Of a DNA stretch of 64,000 nucleotides, positions 39,801 through 55,273 are shown piece by piece; within the stretch, counting starts at the first letter, position 1; the number at the start of each line of letters is the position of its first letter. Made by a program: the position numbers and the translations under genes. The DNA comes from Auanema rhodensis (Eukaryota; Animalia; Nematoda): positions 5,208,001 to 5,272,000 of the forward strand of contig OZ059900.1 in assembly GCA_964057225.1 (NCBI GenBank). Reading direction: 5' to 3'. The notes beneath the pieces are model-generated. The model searched no databases. It was not told where the DNA came from and worked only from the letters and a program-made list of their open reading frames with translations.

Positions 39801-42800
39801 ACTTCCAATTTTATGTGACGAGTTAACTATACCACCTAAGTATCCGAAGAAAGTGATCTTGATTTGTAACTTGGTGCCCGGTAAAGATAGAAAAATACTG
39901 TACATTTTAATGAATTCTCCATGGTCATATTAGTCTAAAAACACTATCTTATTGTGTTTGATGCATGGTAGCCAGGACTTCCAATTTTATGTGAACAGTT
40001 AACTATACCACCTAAGTATCCGAAGAAAGTGATCTTGATTTGTAACTCGGTGCCCGGTAAAGATAGAAGAATACTGTACATTTTGATGAACTCTCCATGG
40101 CCATATTAGACTAAAAACACTATCTTATTGTGTTTGATGCATGGTAGCCAGGACTTCCAATTTTATGTGAACAGTTAACTATACCACCTAAGTATCCGAA
40201 GAAAGTGATCTTGATTTGTAACTCGGTGCCCGGTAAAGATAGAAGAATACTGTACATTTTGATGAACTTTCCATGGCCATATTAGACTAAAAACACTATC
40301 TTATTGTGTTTGATGCATGGTAGCCAGGACTTCCAATTTTATGTGAACAGTTAACTATACCACCTAAGTATCCGAAGAAAGTGATCTTGATTTGTAACTC
40401 GGTGCCCGGTAAAGATAGAAGAATACTGTACATTTTGATGAACTCTCCATGGCCATATTAGACTAAAAACACTATCTTATTGTGTTTGATGCATGGTAGC
40501 CAGGACTTCCAATTTTATGTGAACAGTTAACTATACCACCTAAGTATCCGAAGAAAGTGATCTTGATTTGTAACTCGGTGCCCGGTAAAGATAGAAGAAT
40601 ACTGTACATTTTGATGAACTCTCCATGGCCATATTAGACTAAAAACACTATCTTATTGTGTTTGATGCATGGTAGCCAGGACTTCCAATTTTATGTGAAC
40701 AGTTAACTATACCACCTAAGTATCCGAAGAAAGTGATCTTGATTTGTAACTTGGTGCCCGGTAAAGATAGAAAAATACTGTACATTTTAATGAATTCTCC
40801 ATGGTCATATTAGTCTAAAAACACTATCTTATTGTGTTTGATGCATGGTAACCAAGACTTCCAATTTTATGTGAACAGTTAACTATACCACCTAAGTATC
40901 CGAAGAAAGTGATCTTGATTTGTAACTCGGTGCCCGGTAAAGATAGAAGAATACTGTACATTTTGATGAACTCTCCATGGCCATATTAGACTAAAAACAC
41001 TATCTTATTGTGTTTGATGCATGGTAGCCAGGACTTCCAATTTTATGTGAACAGTTAACTATACCACCTAAGTATCCGAAGAAAGTGATCTTGATTTGTA
41101 ACTCGGTGCCCGGTAAAGATAGAAGAATACTGTACATTTTGATGAACTCTCCATGGCCATATTAGACTAAAAACACTATCTTATTGTGTTTGATGCATGG
41201 TAGCCAGGACTTCCAATTTTATGTGAACAGTTAACTATACCACCTAAGTATCCGAAGAAAGTGATCTTGATTTGTAACTCGGTGCCCGTTAAAGATAGAA
41301 GAATACTGTACATTTTGATGAACTCTCCATGGCCATATTAGTCTAAAAACACTATCTTATTGTGTTTGATGCATGGTAGCCAGGACTTCCAATTTTATGT
41401 GAAGAGTTAACTATACCACCTAAGTATCCGAAGAAAGTGATCTTGATTTGTAACTCGGTGCCCGGTAAAGATAGAAGAATACTGTACATTTTGATTAACT
41501 CTCCATGGCCATATTAGACTAAAAACACTATCTTATTGTGTTTGATGCATGGTAACCAAGACTTCCAATTTTATGTGAAGAGTTAACTATACCACCTAAG
41601 TATTCGAAGAAAGTGATCTTGATTTGTAACTTGGTGCCCGGTAAAGATAGAAAAATACTGTACATTTTAATGAATTCTCCATAGTCATATTAGTCTAAAA
41701 ACACTATCTTATTGTGTTTGATGCATGGTAACCAAGACTTCCAATTTTATGTGAAGAGTTAACTATACCACCTAAGTATCCGAAGAAAGTGATCTTGATT
41801 TGTAACTTGGTGCCCGTTAAAGATAGAAGAATACTGTACATTTTAATAAATTCTCCATGGTCATATTAGTCTAAAAACACTATCTTATTGTGTTTGATGC
41901 ATGGTAGCCAGGACTTCCAATTTTATGTGAAGAGTTAACTATACCACCTAAGTATCCGAAGAAAGTGATCTTGATTTGTAACTCGGTGCCCGTTAAAGAT
42001 AGAAGAATACTGTACATTTTGATAAACTCTCCATGGCCATATTAGACTAAAAACACTATCTTATTGTGTTTGATGCATGGTAGCCAGGACTTCCAATTTT
42101 ATGTGAAGAGTTAACTATACCACCTAAGTATCCGAATAAAGTGATCTTGATTTGTAACTTGGTGCCCGTTAAAGATAGAAGAATACTGTACATTTTAATA
42201 AATTCTCCATGGTCATATTAGTCTAAAAACACTATCTTATTGTGTTTGATGCATGGTAGCCAGGACTTCCAATTTTATGTGAAGAGTTAACTATACCCCC
42301 TAAGTATCCGAAGAAAGTGATCTTGATTTGTAACTTGGTGCCCGGTAAAGATAGAAAAATACTGTACATTTTAATGAATTCTCCAGGGTCATATTAGTCT
42401 AAAAACACTATCTTATTGTGTTTGATGCATGGTAACCAAGACTTCCAATTTTATGTGAACAGTTAACTATACCACCTAAGTATCCGAAGAAAGTGATCTT
42501 GATTTGTAACTTGGTGCCCGTTAAAGATAGAAGAATACTGTACATTTTAATAAATTCTCCATGGTCATATTAGTCTAAAAACACTATCTTATTGTGTTTG
42601 ATGCATGGTAACCAAGACTTCCAATTTTATGTGAACAGTTAACTATACCACCTAAGTATCCGAAGAAAGTGATCTTGATTTGTAACTCGGTGCCCGTTAA
42701 AGATAGAAGAATACTGTACATTTTGATAAACTCTCCATGGCCATATTAGACTAAAAACACTATCTTATTGTGTTTGATGCATGGTAGCCAGGACTTCCAA

Positions 42801-44712
42801 TTTTATGTGAACAGTTAACTATACCACCTAAGTATCCGAAGAAAGTGATCTTGATTTGTAACTCGGTGCCCGGTAAAGATAGAAGAATACTGTACATTTT
42901 GATGAACTCTCCATGGCCATATTAGACTAAAAACACTATCTTATTGTGTTTGATGCATGGTAGCCAGGACTTCCAATTTTATGTGAACAGTTAACTATAC
43001 CACCTAAGTATCCGAAGAAAGTGATCTTGATTTGTAACTTGGTGCCCGGTAAAGATAGAAAAATACTGTACATTTTAATGAATTCTCCATGGTCATATTA
43101 GTCTAAAAACACTATCTTATTGTGTTTGATGCATGGTAACCAAGACTTCCAATTTTATGTGAACAGTTAACTATACCACCTAAGTATCCGAAGAAAGTGA
43201 TCTTGATTTGTAACTCGGTGCCCGGTAAAGATAGAAGAATACTGTACATTTTGATGAACTCTCCATGGCCATATTAGACTAAAAACACTATCTTATTGTG
43301 TTTGATGCATGGTAGCCAGGACTTCCAATTTTATGTGAACAGTTAACTATACCACCTAAGTATCCGAAGAAAGTGATCTTGATTTGTAACTCGGTGCCCG
43401 GTAAAGATAGAAGAATACTGTACATTTTGATGAACTCTCCATGGCCATATTAGACTAAAAACACTATCTTATTGTGTTTGATGCATGGTAGCCAGGACTT
43501 CCAATTTTATGTGAACAGTTAACTATACCACCTAAGTATCCGAAGAAAGTGATCTTGATTTGTAACTTGGTGCCCGGTAAAGATAGAAAAATACTGTACA
43601 TTTTAATGAATTCTCCATGGTCATATTAGTCTAAAAACACTATCTTATTGTGTTTGATGCATGGTAACCAAGACTTCCAATTTTATGTGAACAGTTAACT
43701 ATACCACCTAAGTATCCGAAGAAAGTGATCTTGATTTGTAACTCGGTGCCCGGTAAAGATAGAAGAATACTGTACATTTTGATAAACTCTCCATGGCCAT
43801 ATTAGACTAAAAACACTATCTTATTGTGTTTGATGCATGGTAGCCAGGACTTCCAATTTTATGTGAACAGTTAACTATACCACCTAAGTATCCGAAGAAA
43901 GTGATCTTGATTTGTAACTTGGTGCCCGGTAAAGATAGAAAAATACTGTACATTTTAATGAATTCTCCATGGTCATATTAGTCTAAAAACACTATCTTAT
44001 TGTGTTTGATGCATGGTAACCAAGACTTCCAATTTTATGTGAACAGTTAACTATACCACCTAAGTATCCGAAGAAAGTGATCTTGATTTGTAACTCGGAG
44101 CCCGGTAAAGATAGAAGAATACTGTACATTTTGATGAACTCTCCATGGCCATATTAGACTAAAAACACTATCTTATTGTGTTTGATGCATGGTAGCCAGG
44201 ACTTCCAATTTTATGTGAACAGTTAACTATACCACCTAAGTATCCGAAGAAAGTGATCTTGATTTGTAACTCGGTGCCCGGTAAAGATAGAAGAATACTG
44301 TACATTTTGATGAACTCTCCATGGCCATATTAGACTAAAAACACTATCTTATTGTGTTTGATGCATGGTAGCCAGGACTTCCAATTTTATGTGAACAGTT
44401 AACTATACCACCTAAGTATCCGAAGAAAGTGATCTTGATTTGTAACTTGGTGCCCGGTAAAGATAGAAAAATACTGTACATTTTAATGAATTCTCCATGG
44501 TCATATTAGTCTAAAAACACTATCTTATTGTGTTTGATGCATGGTAACCAAGACTTCCAATTTTATGTGAACAGTTAACTATACCACCTAAGTATCCGAA
44601 GAAAGTGATCTTGATTTGTAACTCGGTGCCCGGTAAAGATAGAAGAATACTGTACATTTTGATGAACTCTCCATGGCCATATTAGACTAAAAACACTATC
44701 TTATTGTGTTTG

Positions 44713-47700
44713 ATGCATGGTAGCCAGGACTTCCAATTTTATGTGAACAGTTAACTATACCACCTAAGTATCCGAAGAAAGTGATCTTGATTTGTAACTC
44801 GGTGCCCGGTAAAGATAGAAGAATACTGTACATTTTGATGAACTTTCCATGGCCATATTAGACTAAAAACACTATCTTATTGTGTTTGATGCATGGTAGC
44901 CAGGACTTCCAATTTTATGTGAACAGTTAACTATACCACCTAAGTATCCGAAGAAAGTGATCTTGATTTGTAACTCGGTGCCCGGTAAAGATAGAAGAAT
45001 ACTGTACATTTTGATGAACTCTCCATGGCCATATTAGACTAAAAACACTATCTTATTGTGTTTGATGCATGGTAGCCAGGACTTCCAATTTTATGTGAAC
45101 AGTTAACTATACCACCTAAGTATCCGAAGAAAGTGATCTTGATTTGTAACTTGGTGCCCGGTAAAGATAGAAAAATACTGTACATTTTAATGAATTCTCC
45201 ATGGTCATATTAGTCTAAAAACACTATCTTATTGTGTTTGATGCATGGTAACCAAGACTTCCAATTTTATGTGAACAGTTAACTATACCACCTAAGTATC
45301 CGAAGAAAGTGATCTTGATTTGTAACTCGGTGCCCGGTAAAGATAGAAGAATACTGTACATTTTGATGAACTCTCCATGGCCATATTAGACTAAAAACAC
45401 TATCTTATTGTGTTTGATGCATGGTAGCCAGGACTTCCAATTTTATGTGAACAGTTAACTATACCACCTAAGTATCCGAAGAAAGTGATCTTGATTTGTA
45501 ACTCGGTGCCCGGTAAAGATAGAAGAATACTGTACATTTTGATGAACTCTCCATGGCCATATTAGACTAAAAACACTATCTTATTGTGTTTGATGCATGG
45601 TAGCCAGGACTTCCAATTTTATGTGAACAGTTAACTATACCACCTAAGTATCCGAAGAAAGTGATCTTGATTTGTAACTCGGTGCCCGTTAAAGATAGAA
45701 GAATACTGTACATTTTGATGAACTCTCCATGGCCATATTAGTCTAAAAACACTATCTTATTGTGTTTGATGCATGGTAGCCAGGACTTCCAATTTTATGT
45801 GAACAGTTAACTATACCACCTAAGTATCCGAAGAAAGTGATCTTGATTTGTAACTCGGTGCCCGGTAAAGATAGAAGAATACTGTACATTTTGATGAACT
45901 CTCCATGGCCATATTAGACTAAAAACACTATCTTATTGTGTTTGATGCATGGTAGCCAGGACTTCCAATTTTATGTGAACAGTTAACTATACCACCTAAG
46001 TATCCGAAGAAAGTGATCTTGATTTGTAACTCGGTGCCCGGTAAAGATAGAAGAATACTGTACATTTTGATGAAGTCTCCATGGCCATATTAGACTAAAA
46101 ACACTATCTTATTGTGTTTGATGCATGGTAGCCAGGACTTCCAATATTATGTGAACAGTTAACTATACCACCTAAGTATCGGAAGAAAGTGATCTTGATT
46201 TGTAACTCGGTGCCCGTTAAAGATAGAAGAATACTGTACATTTTGATAAACTCTCCATGGCCATATTAGACTAAAAACACTATCTTATTGTGTTTGATGC
46301 ATGGTAGCCAGGACTTCCAATTTTATGTGAACAGTTAACTATACCACCTAAGTATCCGAAGAAAGTGATCTTGATTTGTAACTCGGTGCCCGGTAAAGAT
46401 AGAAGAATACTGTACATTTTGATGAACTCTCCATGGCCATATTAGACTAAAAACACTATCTTATTGTGTTTGATGCATGGTAGCCAGGACTTCCAATTTT
46501 ATGTGAACAGTTAACTATACCACCTAAGTATCCGAAGAAAGTGATCTTGATTTGTAACTTGGTGCCCGGTAAAGATAGAAAAATACTGTACATTTTAATG
46601 AATTCTCCATGGTCATATTAGTCTAAAAACACTATCTTATTGTGTTTGATGCATGGTAACCAAGACTTCCAATTTTATGTGAACAGTTAACTATACCACC
46701 TAAGTATCCGAAGAAAGTGATCTTGATTTGTAACTCGGTGCCCGGTAAAGATAGAAGAATACTGTACATTTTGATGAACTCTCCATGGCCATATTAGACT
46801 AAAAACACTATCTTATTGTGTTTGATGCATGGTAGCCAGGACTTCCAATTTTATGTGACGAGTTAACTATACCACCTAAGTATCCGAAGAAAGTGATCTT
46901 GATTTGTAACTTGGTGCCCGGTAAAGATAGAAAAATACTGTACATTTTAATGAATTCTCCATGGTCATATTAGTCTAAAAACACTATCTTATTGTGTTTG
47001 ATGCATGGTAACCAAGACTTCCAATTTTATGTGAACAGTTAACTATACCACCTAAGTATCCGAAGAAAGTGATCTTGATTTGTAACTCGGTGCCCGTTAA
47101 AGATAGAAGAATACTGTACATTTTAATGAATTCTCCATGGCCATATTAGTCTAAAAACACTATCTTATTGTGTTTGATGCATGGTAGCCAGGACTTCCAA
47201 TTTTATGTGAACAGTTAACTATACCACCTAAGTATCCGAAGAAAGTGATCTTGATTTGTATCTCGGTGCCCGGTAAAGATAGAAGAATACTGTACATTTT
47301 GATGAACTCTCCATGGCCATATTAGACTAAAAACACTATCTTATTGTGTTTGATGCATGGTAGCCAGGACTTCCAATTTTATGTGAACAGTTAACTATAC
47401 CACCTAAGTATCCGAAGAAAGTGATCTTGATTTGTAACTCGGTGCCCGGTAAAGATAGAAGAATACTGTACATTTTGATGAACTTTCCATGGCCATATTA
47501 GACTAAAAACACTATCTTATTGTGTTTGATGCATGGTAGCCAGGACTTCCAATTTTATGTGAACAGTTAACTATACCACCTAAGTATCCGAAGAAAGTGA
47601 TCTTGATTTGTAACTCGGTGCCCGGTAAAGATAGAAGAATACTGTACATTTTGATGAACTCTCCATGGCCATATTAGACTAAAAACACTATCTTATTGTG

Positions 47701-49465
47701 TTTGATGCATGGTAGCCAGGACTTCCAATTTTATGTGAACAGTTAACTATACCACCTAAGTATCCGAAGAAAGTGATCTTGATTTTTTAACTTGGTGCCC
47801 GGTAAAGATAGAAAAATACTGTACATTTTAATGAATTCTCCATGGTCATATTAGTCTAAAAACACTATCTTATTGTGTTTGATGCATGGTAACCAAGACT
47901 TCCAATTTTATGTGAACAGTTAACTATACCACCTAAGTATCCGAAGAAAGTGATCTTGATTTGTAACTCGGTGCCCGGTAAAGATAGAAGAATACTGTAC
48001 ATTTTGATGAACTCTCCATGGCCATATTAGACTAAAAACACTATCTTATTGTGTTTGATGCATGGTAGCCAGGACTTCCAATTTTATGTGAACAGTTAAC
48101 TATACCACCTAAGTATCCGAAGAAAGTGATCTTGATTTGTAACTCGGTGCCCGGTAAAGATAGAAGAATACTGTACATTTTGATGAACTCTCCATGGCCA
48201 TATTAGACTAAAAACACTATCTTATTGTGTTTGATGCATGGTAGCCAGGACTTCCAATTTTATGTGAACAGTTAACTATACCACCTAAGTATCCGAAGAA
48301 AGTGATCTTGATTTGTAACTCGGTGCCCGTTAAAGATAGAAGAATACTGTACATTTTGATGAACTCTCCATGGCCATATTAGTCTAAAAACACTATCTTA
48401 TTGTGTTTGATGCATGGTAGCCAGGACTTCCAATTTTATGTGAACAGTTAACTATACCACCTAAGTATCCGAAGAAAGTGATCTTGATTTGTAACTCGGT
48501 GCCCGGTAAAGATAGAAGAATACTGTACATTTTGATGAACTCTCCATGGCCATATTAGACTAAAAACACTATCTTATTGTGTTTGATGCATGGTAGCCAG
48601 GACTTCCAATTTTATGTGAACAGTTAACTATACCACCTAAGTATCCGAAGAAAGTGATCTTGATTTGTAACTCGGTGCCCGGTAAAGATAGAAGAATACT
48701 GTACATTTTGATGAAGTCTCCATGGCCATATTAGACTAAAAACACTATCTTATTGTGTTTGATGCATGGTAGCCAGGACTTCCAATATTATGTGAACAGT
48801 TAACTATACCACCTAAGTATCGGAAGAAAGTGATCTTGATTTGTAACTCGGTGCCCGTTAAAGATAGAAGAATACTGTACATTTTGATAAACTCTCCATG
48901 GCCATATTAGACTAAAAACACTATCTTATTGTGTTTGATGCATGGTAGCCAGGACTTCCAATTTTATGTGAACAGTTAACTATACCACCTAAGTATCCGA
49001 AGAAAGTGATCTTGATTTGTAACTCGGTGCCCGGTAAAGATAGAAGAATACTGTACATTTTGATGAACTCTCCATGGCCATATTAGACTAAAAACACTAT
49101 CTTATTGTGTTTGATGCATGGTAGCCAGGACTTCCAATTTTATGTGAACAGTTAACTATACCACCTAAGTATCCGAAGAAAGTGATCTTGATTTGTAACT
49201 TGGTGCCCGGTAAAGATAGAAAAATACTGTACATTTTAATGAATTCTCCATGGTCATATTAGTCTAAAAACACTATCTTATTGTGTTTGATGCATGGTAA
49301 CCAAGACTTCCAATTTTATGTGAACAGTTAACTATACCACCTAAGTATCCGAAGAAAGTGATCTTGATTTGTAACTCGGTGCCCGGTAAAGATAGAAGAA
49401 TACTGTACATTTTGATGAACTCTCCATGGCCATATTAGACTAAAAACACTATCTTATTGTGTTTG
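44713..49465. repeat. 12-monomer block duplicated at a 15-monomer offset: 44713-46824 and 47353-49465
   Basis: Private GAAGTCTCC (46075/48716) and ATCGGAAG (46181/48822) are 2641 apart (15x176 plus the single indel). Confidence 0.85.
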
Positions 49466-52400
49466 ATGCATGGTAGCCAGGACTTCCAATTTTATGTGAA
49501 CAGTTAACTATACCACCTAAGTATCCGAAGAAAGTGATCTTGATTTGTAACTCGGTGCCCGGTAAAGATAGAAGAATACTGTACATTTTGATGAACTCTC
49601 CATGGCCATATTAGACTAAAAACACTATCTTATTGTGTTTGATGCATGGTAGCCAGGACTTCCAATTTTATGTGAACAGTTAACTATACCACCTAAGTAT
49701 CCGAAGAAAGTGATCTTGATTTGTAACTTGGTGCCCGGTAAAGATAGAAAAATACTGTACATTTTAATGAATTCTCCATGGTCATATTAGTCTAAAAACA
49801 CTATCTTATTGTGTTTGATGCATGGTAACCAAGACTTCCAATTTTATGTGAACAGTTAACTATACCACCTAAGTATCCGAAGAAAGTGATCTTGATTTGT
49901 AACTCGGTGCCCGGTAAAGATAGAAGAATACTGTACATTTTGATAAACTCTCCATGGCCATATTAGACTAAAAACACTATCTTATTGTGTTTGATGCATG
50001 GTAGCCAGGACTTCCAATTTTATGTGAACAGTTAACTATACCACCTAAGTATCCGAAGAAAGTGATCTTGATTTGTAACTTGGTGCCCGGTAAAGATAGA
50101 AAAATACTGTACATTTTAATGAATTCTCCATGGTCATATTAGTCTAAAAACACTATCTTATTGTGTTTGATGCATGGTAACCAAGACTTCCAATTTTATG
50201 TGAACAGTTAACTATACCACCTAAGTATCCGAAGAAAGTGATCTTGATTTGTAACTCGGAGCCCGGTAAAGATAGAAGAATACTGTACATTTTGATGAAC
50301 TCTCCATGGCCATATTAGACTAAAAACACTATCTTATTGTGTTTGATGCATGGTAGCCAGGACTTCCAATTTTATGTGAACAGTTAACTATACCACCTAA
50401 GTATCCGAAGAAAGTGATCTTGATTTGTAACTCGGTGCCCGGTAAAGATAGAAGAATACTGTACATTTTGATGAACTCTCCATGGCCATATTAGACTAAA
50501 AACACTATCTTATTGTGTTTGATGCATGGTAGCCAGGACTTCCAATTTTATGTGAACAGTTAACTATACCACCTAAGTATCCGAAGAAAGTGATCTTGAT
50601 TTGTAACTCGGTGCCCGGTAAAGATAGAAGAATACTGTACATTTTAATGAATTCTCCATGGCCATATTAGACTAAAAACACTATCTTATTGTGTTTGATG
50701 CATGGTAGCCAGGACTTCCAATTTTATGTGAACAGTTAACTATACCACCTAAGTATCCGAAGAAAGTGATCTTGATTTGTAACTCGGTGCCCGGTAAAGA
50801 TAGAAGAATACTGTACATTTTAATGAATTCTCCATGGCCATATTAGACTAAAAACACTATCTTATTGTGTTTGATGCATGGTAGCCAGGACTTCCAATTT
50901 TATGTGAACAGTTAACTATACCACCTAAGTATCCGAAGAAAGTGATCTTGATTTGTAACTCGGTGCCCGGTAAAGATAGAAGAATACTGTACATTTTAAA
51001 GAATTCTCCATGGTCATATTAGACTAAAAACACTATCTTATTGTGTTTGATGCATGGTAGCCAGGACTTCCAATTTTATGTGAACAGTTAACTATACCAC
51101 CTAAGTATCCGAAGAAAGTGATCTTGATTTGTAACTTGGTGCCCGGTAAAGATAGAAAAATACTGTACATTTTAATGAATTCTCCATGGTCATATTAGTC
51201 TAAAAACACTATCTTATTGTGTTTGATGCATGGTAACCAAGACTTCCAATTTTATGTGAACAGTTAACTATACCACCTAAGTATCCGAAGAAAGTGATCT
51301 TGATTTGTAACTCGGTGCCCGGTAAAGATAGAAGAATACTGTACATTTTGATGAACTCTCCATGGCCATATTAGACTAAAAACACTATCTTATTGTGTTT
51401 GATGCATGGTAGCCAGGACTTCCAATTTTATGTGAACAGTTAACTATACCACCTAAGTATCCGAAGAAAGTGATCTTGATTTGTAACTTGGTGCCCGGTA
51501 AAGATAGAAAAATACTGTACATTTTAATGAATTCTCCATGGTCATATTAGTCTAAAAACACTATCTTATTGTGTTTGATGCATGGTAACCAAGACTTCCA
51601 ATTTTATGTGAACAGTTAACTATACCACCTAAGTATCCGAAGAAAGTGATCTTGATTTGTAACTCGGTGCCCGGTAAAGATAGAAGAATACTGTACATTT
51701 TGATGAACTCTCCATGGCCATATTAGACTAAAAACACTATCTTATTGTGTTTGATGCATGGTAGCCAGGACTTCCAATTTTATGTGACGAGTTAACTATA
51801 CCACCTAAGTATCCGAAGAAAGTGATCTTGATTTGTAACTTGGTGCCCGGTAAAGATAGAAAAATACTGTACATTTTAATGAATTCTCCATGGTCATATT
51901 AGTCTAAAAACACTATCTTATTGTGTTTGATGCATGGTAACCAAGACTTCCAATTTTATGTGAACAGTTAACTATACCACCTAAGTATCCGAAGAAAGTG
52001 ATCTTGATTTGTAACTCGGTGCCCGTTAAAGATAGAAGAATACTGTACATTTTAATGAATTCTCCATGGCCATATTAGTCTAAAAACACTATCTTATTGT
52101 GTTTGATGCATGGTAGCCAGGACTTCCAATTTTATGTGAACAGTTAACTATACCACCTAAGTATCCGAAGAAAGTGATCTTGATTTGTATCTCGGTGCCC
52201 GGTAAAGATAGAAGAATACTGTACATTTTGATGAACTCTCCATGGCCATATTAGACTAAAAACACTATCTTATTGTGTTTGATGCATGGTAACCAAGACT
52301 TCCAATTTTATGTGAACAGTTAACTATACCACCTAAGTATCCGAAGAAAGTGATCTTGATTTGTAACTCGGTGCCCGTTAAAGATAGAAGAATACTGTAC

Positions 52401-52633
52401 ATTTTGATAAACTCTCCATGGCCATATTAGACTAAAAACACTATCTTATTGTGTTTGATGCATGGTAGCCAGGACTTCCAATTTTATGTGAACAGTTAAC
52501 TATACCACCTAAGTATCCGAAGAAAGTGATCTTGATTTGTAACTCGGTGCCCGGTAAAGATAGAAGAATACTGTACATTTTGATGAACTCTCCATGGCCA
52601 TATTAGACTAAAAACACTATCTTATTGTGTTTG

Positions 52634-55273
52634 ATGCATGGTAGCCAGGACTTCCAATTTTATGTGAACAGTTAACTATACCACCTAAGTATCCGAAGAA
52701 AGTGATCTTGATTTGTAACTTGGTGCCCGGTAAAGATAGAAAAATACTGTACACTTTAATGAATTCTCCATGGTCATATTAGTCTAAAAACACTATCTTA
52801 TTGTGTTTGATGCATGGTAACCAAGACTTCCAATTTTATGTGAACAGTTAACTATACCACCTAAGTATCCGAAGAAAGTGATCTTGATTTGTAACTCGGT
52901 GCCCGGTAAAGATAGAAGAATACTGTACATTTTGATGAACTCTCCATGGCCATATTAGACTAAAAACACTATCTTATTGTGTTTGATGCATGGTAGCCAG
53001 GACTTCCAATTTTATGTGAACAGTTAACTATACCACCTAAGTATCCGAAGAAAGTGATCTTGATTTGTAACTCGGTGCCCGGTAAAGATAGAAGAATACT
53101 GTACATTTTGATGAACTCTCCATGGCCATATTAGACTAAAAACACTATCTTATTGTGTTTGATGCATGGTAGCCAGGACTTCCAATTTTATGTGAACAGT
53201 TAACTATACCACCTAAGTATCCGAAGAAAGTGATCTTGATTTGTAACTCGGTGCCCGGTAAAGATAGAAGAATACTGTACATTTTGATGAACTCTCCATG
53301 GCCATATTAGACTAAAAACACTATCTTATTGTGTTTGATGCATGGTAGCCAGGACTTCCAATTTTATGTGAACAGTTAACTATACCACCTAAGTATCCGA
53401 AGAAAGTGATCTTGATTTGTAACTTGGTGCCCGGTAAAGATAGAAGAATACTGTACATTTTGATGAACTCTCCATGGCCATATTAGACTAAAAACACTAT
53501 CTTATTGTGTTTGATGCATGGTAGCCAGGACTTCCAATTTTATGTGAACAGTTAACTATACCACCTAAGTATCCGAAGAAAGTGATCTTGATTTGTAACT
53601 TGGTGCCCGGTAAAGATAGAAAAATACTGTACATTTTAATGAATTCTCCATGGTCATATTAGTCTAAAAACACTATCTTATTGTGTTTGATGCATGGTAA
53701 CCAAGACTTCCAATTTTATGTGAACAGTTAACTATACCACCTAAGTATCCGAAGAAAGTGATCTTGATTTGTAACTCGGTGCCCGGTAAAGATAGAAGAA
53801 TACTGTACATTTTGATGAACTCTCCATGGCCATATTAGACTAAAAACACTATCTTATTGTGTTTGATGCATGGTAGCCAGGACTTCCAATTTTATGTGAA
53901 CAGTTAACTATACCACCTAAGTATCCGAAGAAAGTGATCTTGATTTGTAACTCGGTGCCCGGTAAAGATAGAAGAATACTGTACATTTTGATGAACTCTC
54001 CATGGCCATATTAGACTAAAAACACTATCTTATTGTGTTTGATGCATGGTAGCCAGGACTTCCAATTTTATGTGAACAGTTAACTATACCACCTAAGTAT
54101 CCGAAGAAAGTGATCTTGATTTGTAACTCGGTGCCCGGTAAAGATAGAAGAATACTGTACATTTTGATGAACTCTCCATGGCCATATTAGACTAAAAACA
54201 CTATCTTATTGTGTTTGATGCATGGTAGCCAGGACTTCCAATTTTATGTGAACAGTTAACTATACCACCTAAGTATCCGAAGAAAGTGATCTTGATTTGT
54301 AACTTGGTGCCCGGTAAAGATAGAAGAATACTGTACATTTTGATGAACTCTCCATGGCCATATTAGACTAAAAACACTATCTTATTGTGTTTGATGCATG
54401 GTAGCCAGGACTTCCAATTTTATGTGAACAGTTAACTATACCACCTAAGTATCCGAAGAAAGTGATCTTGATTTGTAACTTGGTGCCCGGTAAAGATAGA
54501 AAAATACTGTACATTTTAATGAATTCTCCATGGTCATATTAGTCTAAAAACACTATCTTATTGTGTTTGATGCATGGTAACCAAGACTTCCAATTTTATG
54601 TGAACAGTTAACTATACCACCTAAGTATCCGAAGAAAGTGATCTTGATTTGTAACTCGGTGCCCGGTAAAGATAGAAGAATACTGTACATTTTGATGAAC
54701 TCTCCATGGCCATATTAGACTAAAAACACTATCTTATTGTGTTTGATGCATGGTAGCCAGGACTTCCAATTTTATGTGAACAGTTAACTATACCACCTAA
54801 GTATCCGAAGAAAGTGATCTTGATTTGTAACTCGGTGCCCGGTAAAGATAGAAGAATACTGTACATTTTGATGAACTCTCCATGGCCATATTAGACTAAA
54901 AACACTATCTTATTGTGTTTGATGCATGGTAGCCAGGACTTCCAATTTTATGTGAACAGTTAACTATACCACCTAAGTATCCGAAGAAAGTGATCTTGAT
55001 TTGTAACTCGGTGCCCGGTAAAGATAGAAGAATACTGTACATTTTGATGAACTCTCCATGGCCATATTAGACTAAAAACACTATCTTATTGTGTTTGATG
55101 CATGGTAGCCAGGACTTCCAATTTTATGTGAACAGTTAACTATACCACCTAAGTATCCGAAGAAAGTGATCTTGATTTGTAACTTGGTGCCCGGTAAAGA
55201 TAGAAGAATACTGTACATTTTGATGAACTCTCCATGGCCATATTAGACTAAAAACACTATCTTATTGTGTTTG
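52634..55273. repeat. Three tandem copies of a 5-monomer (880-bp) unit
   Basis: The order B, AACCAAG-A, A, A, TTGG-only hybrid occurs three times, with the hybrid TTGG at about 53425, 54305 and 55185. Confidence 0.85.
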
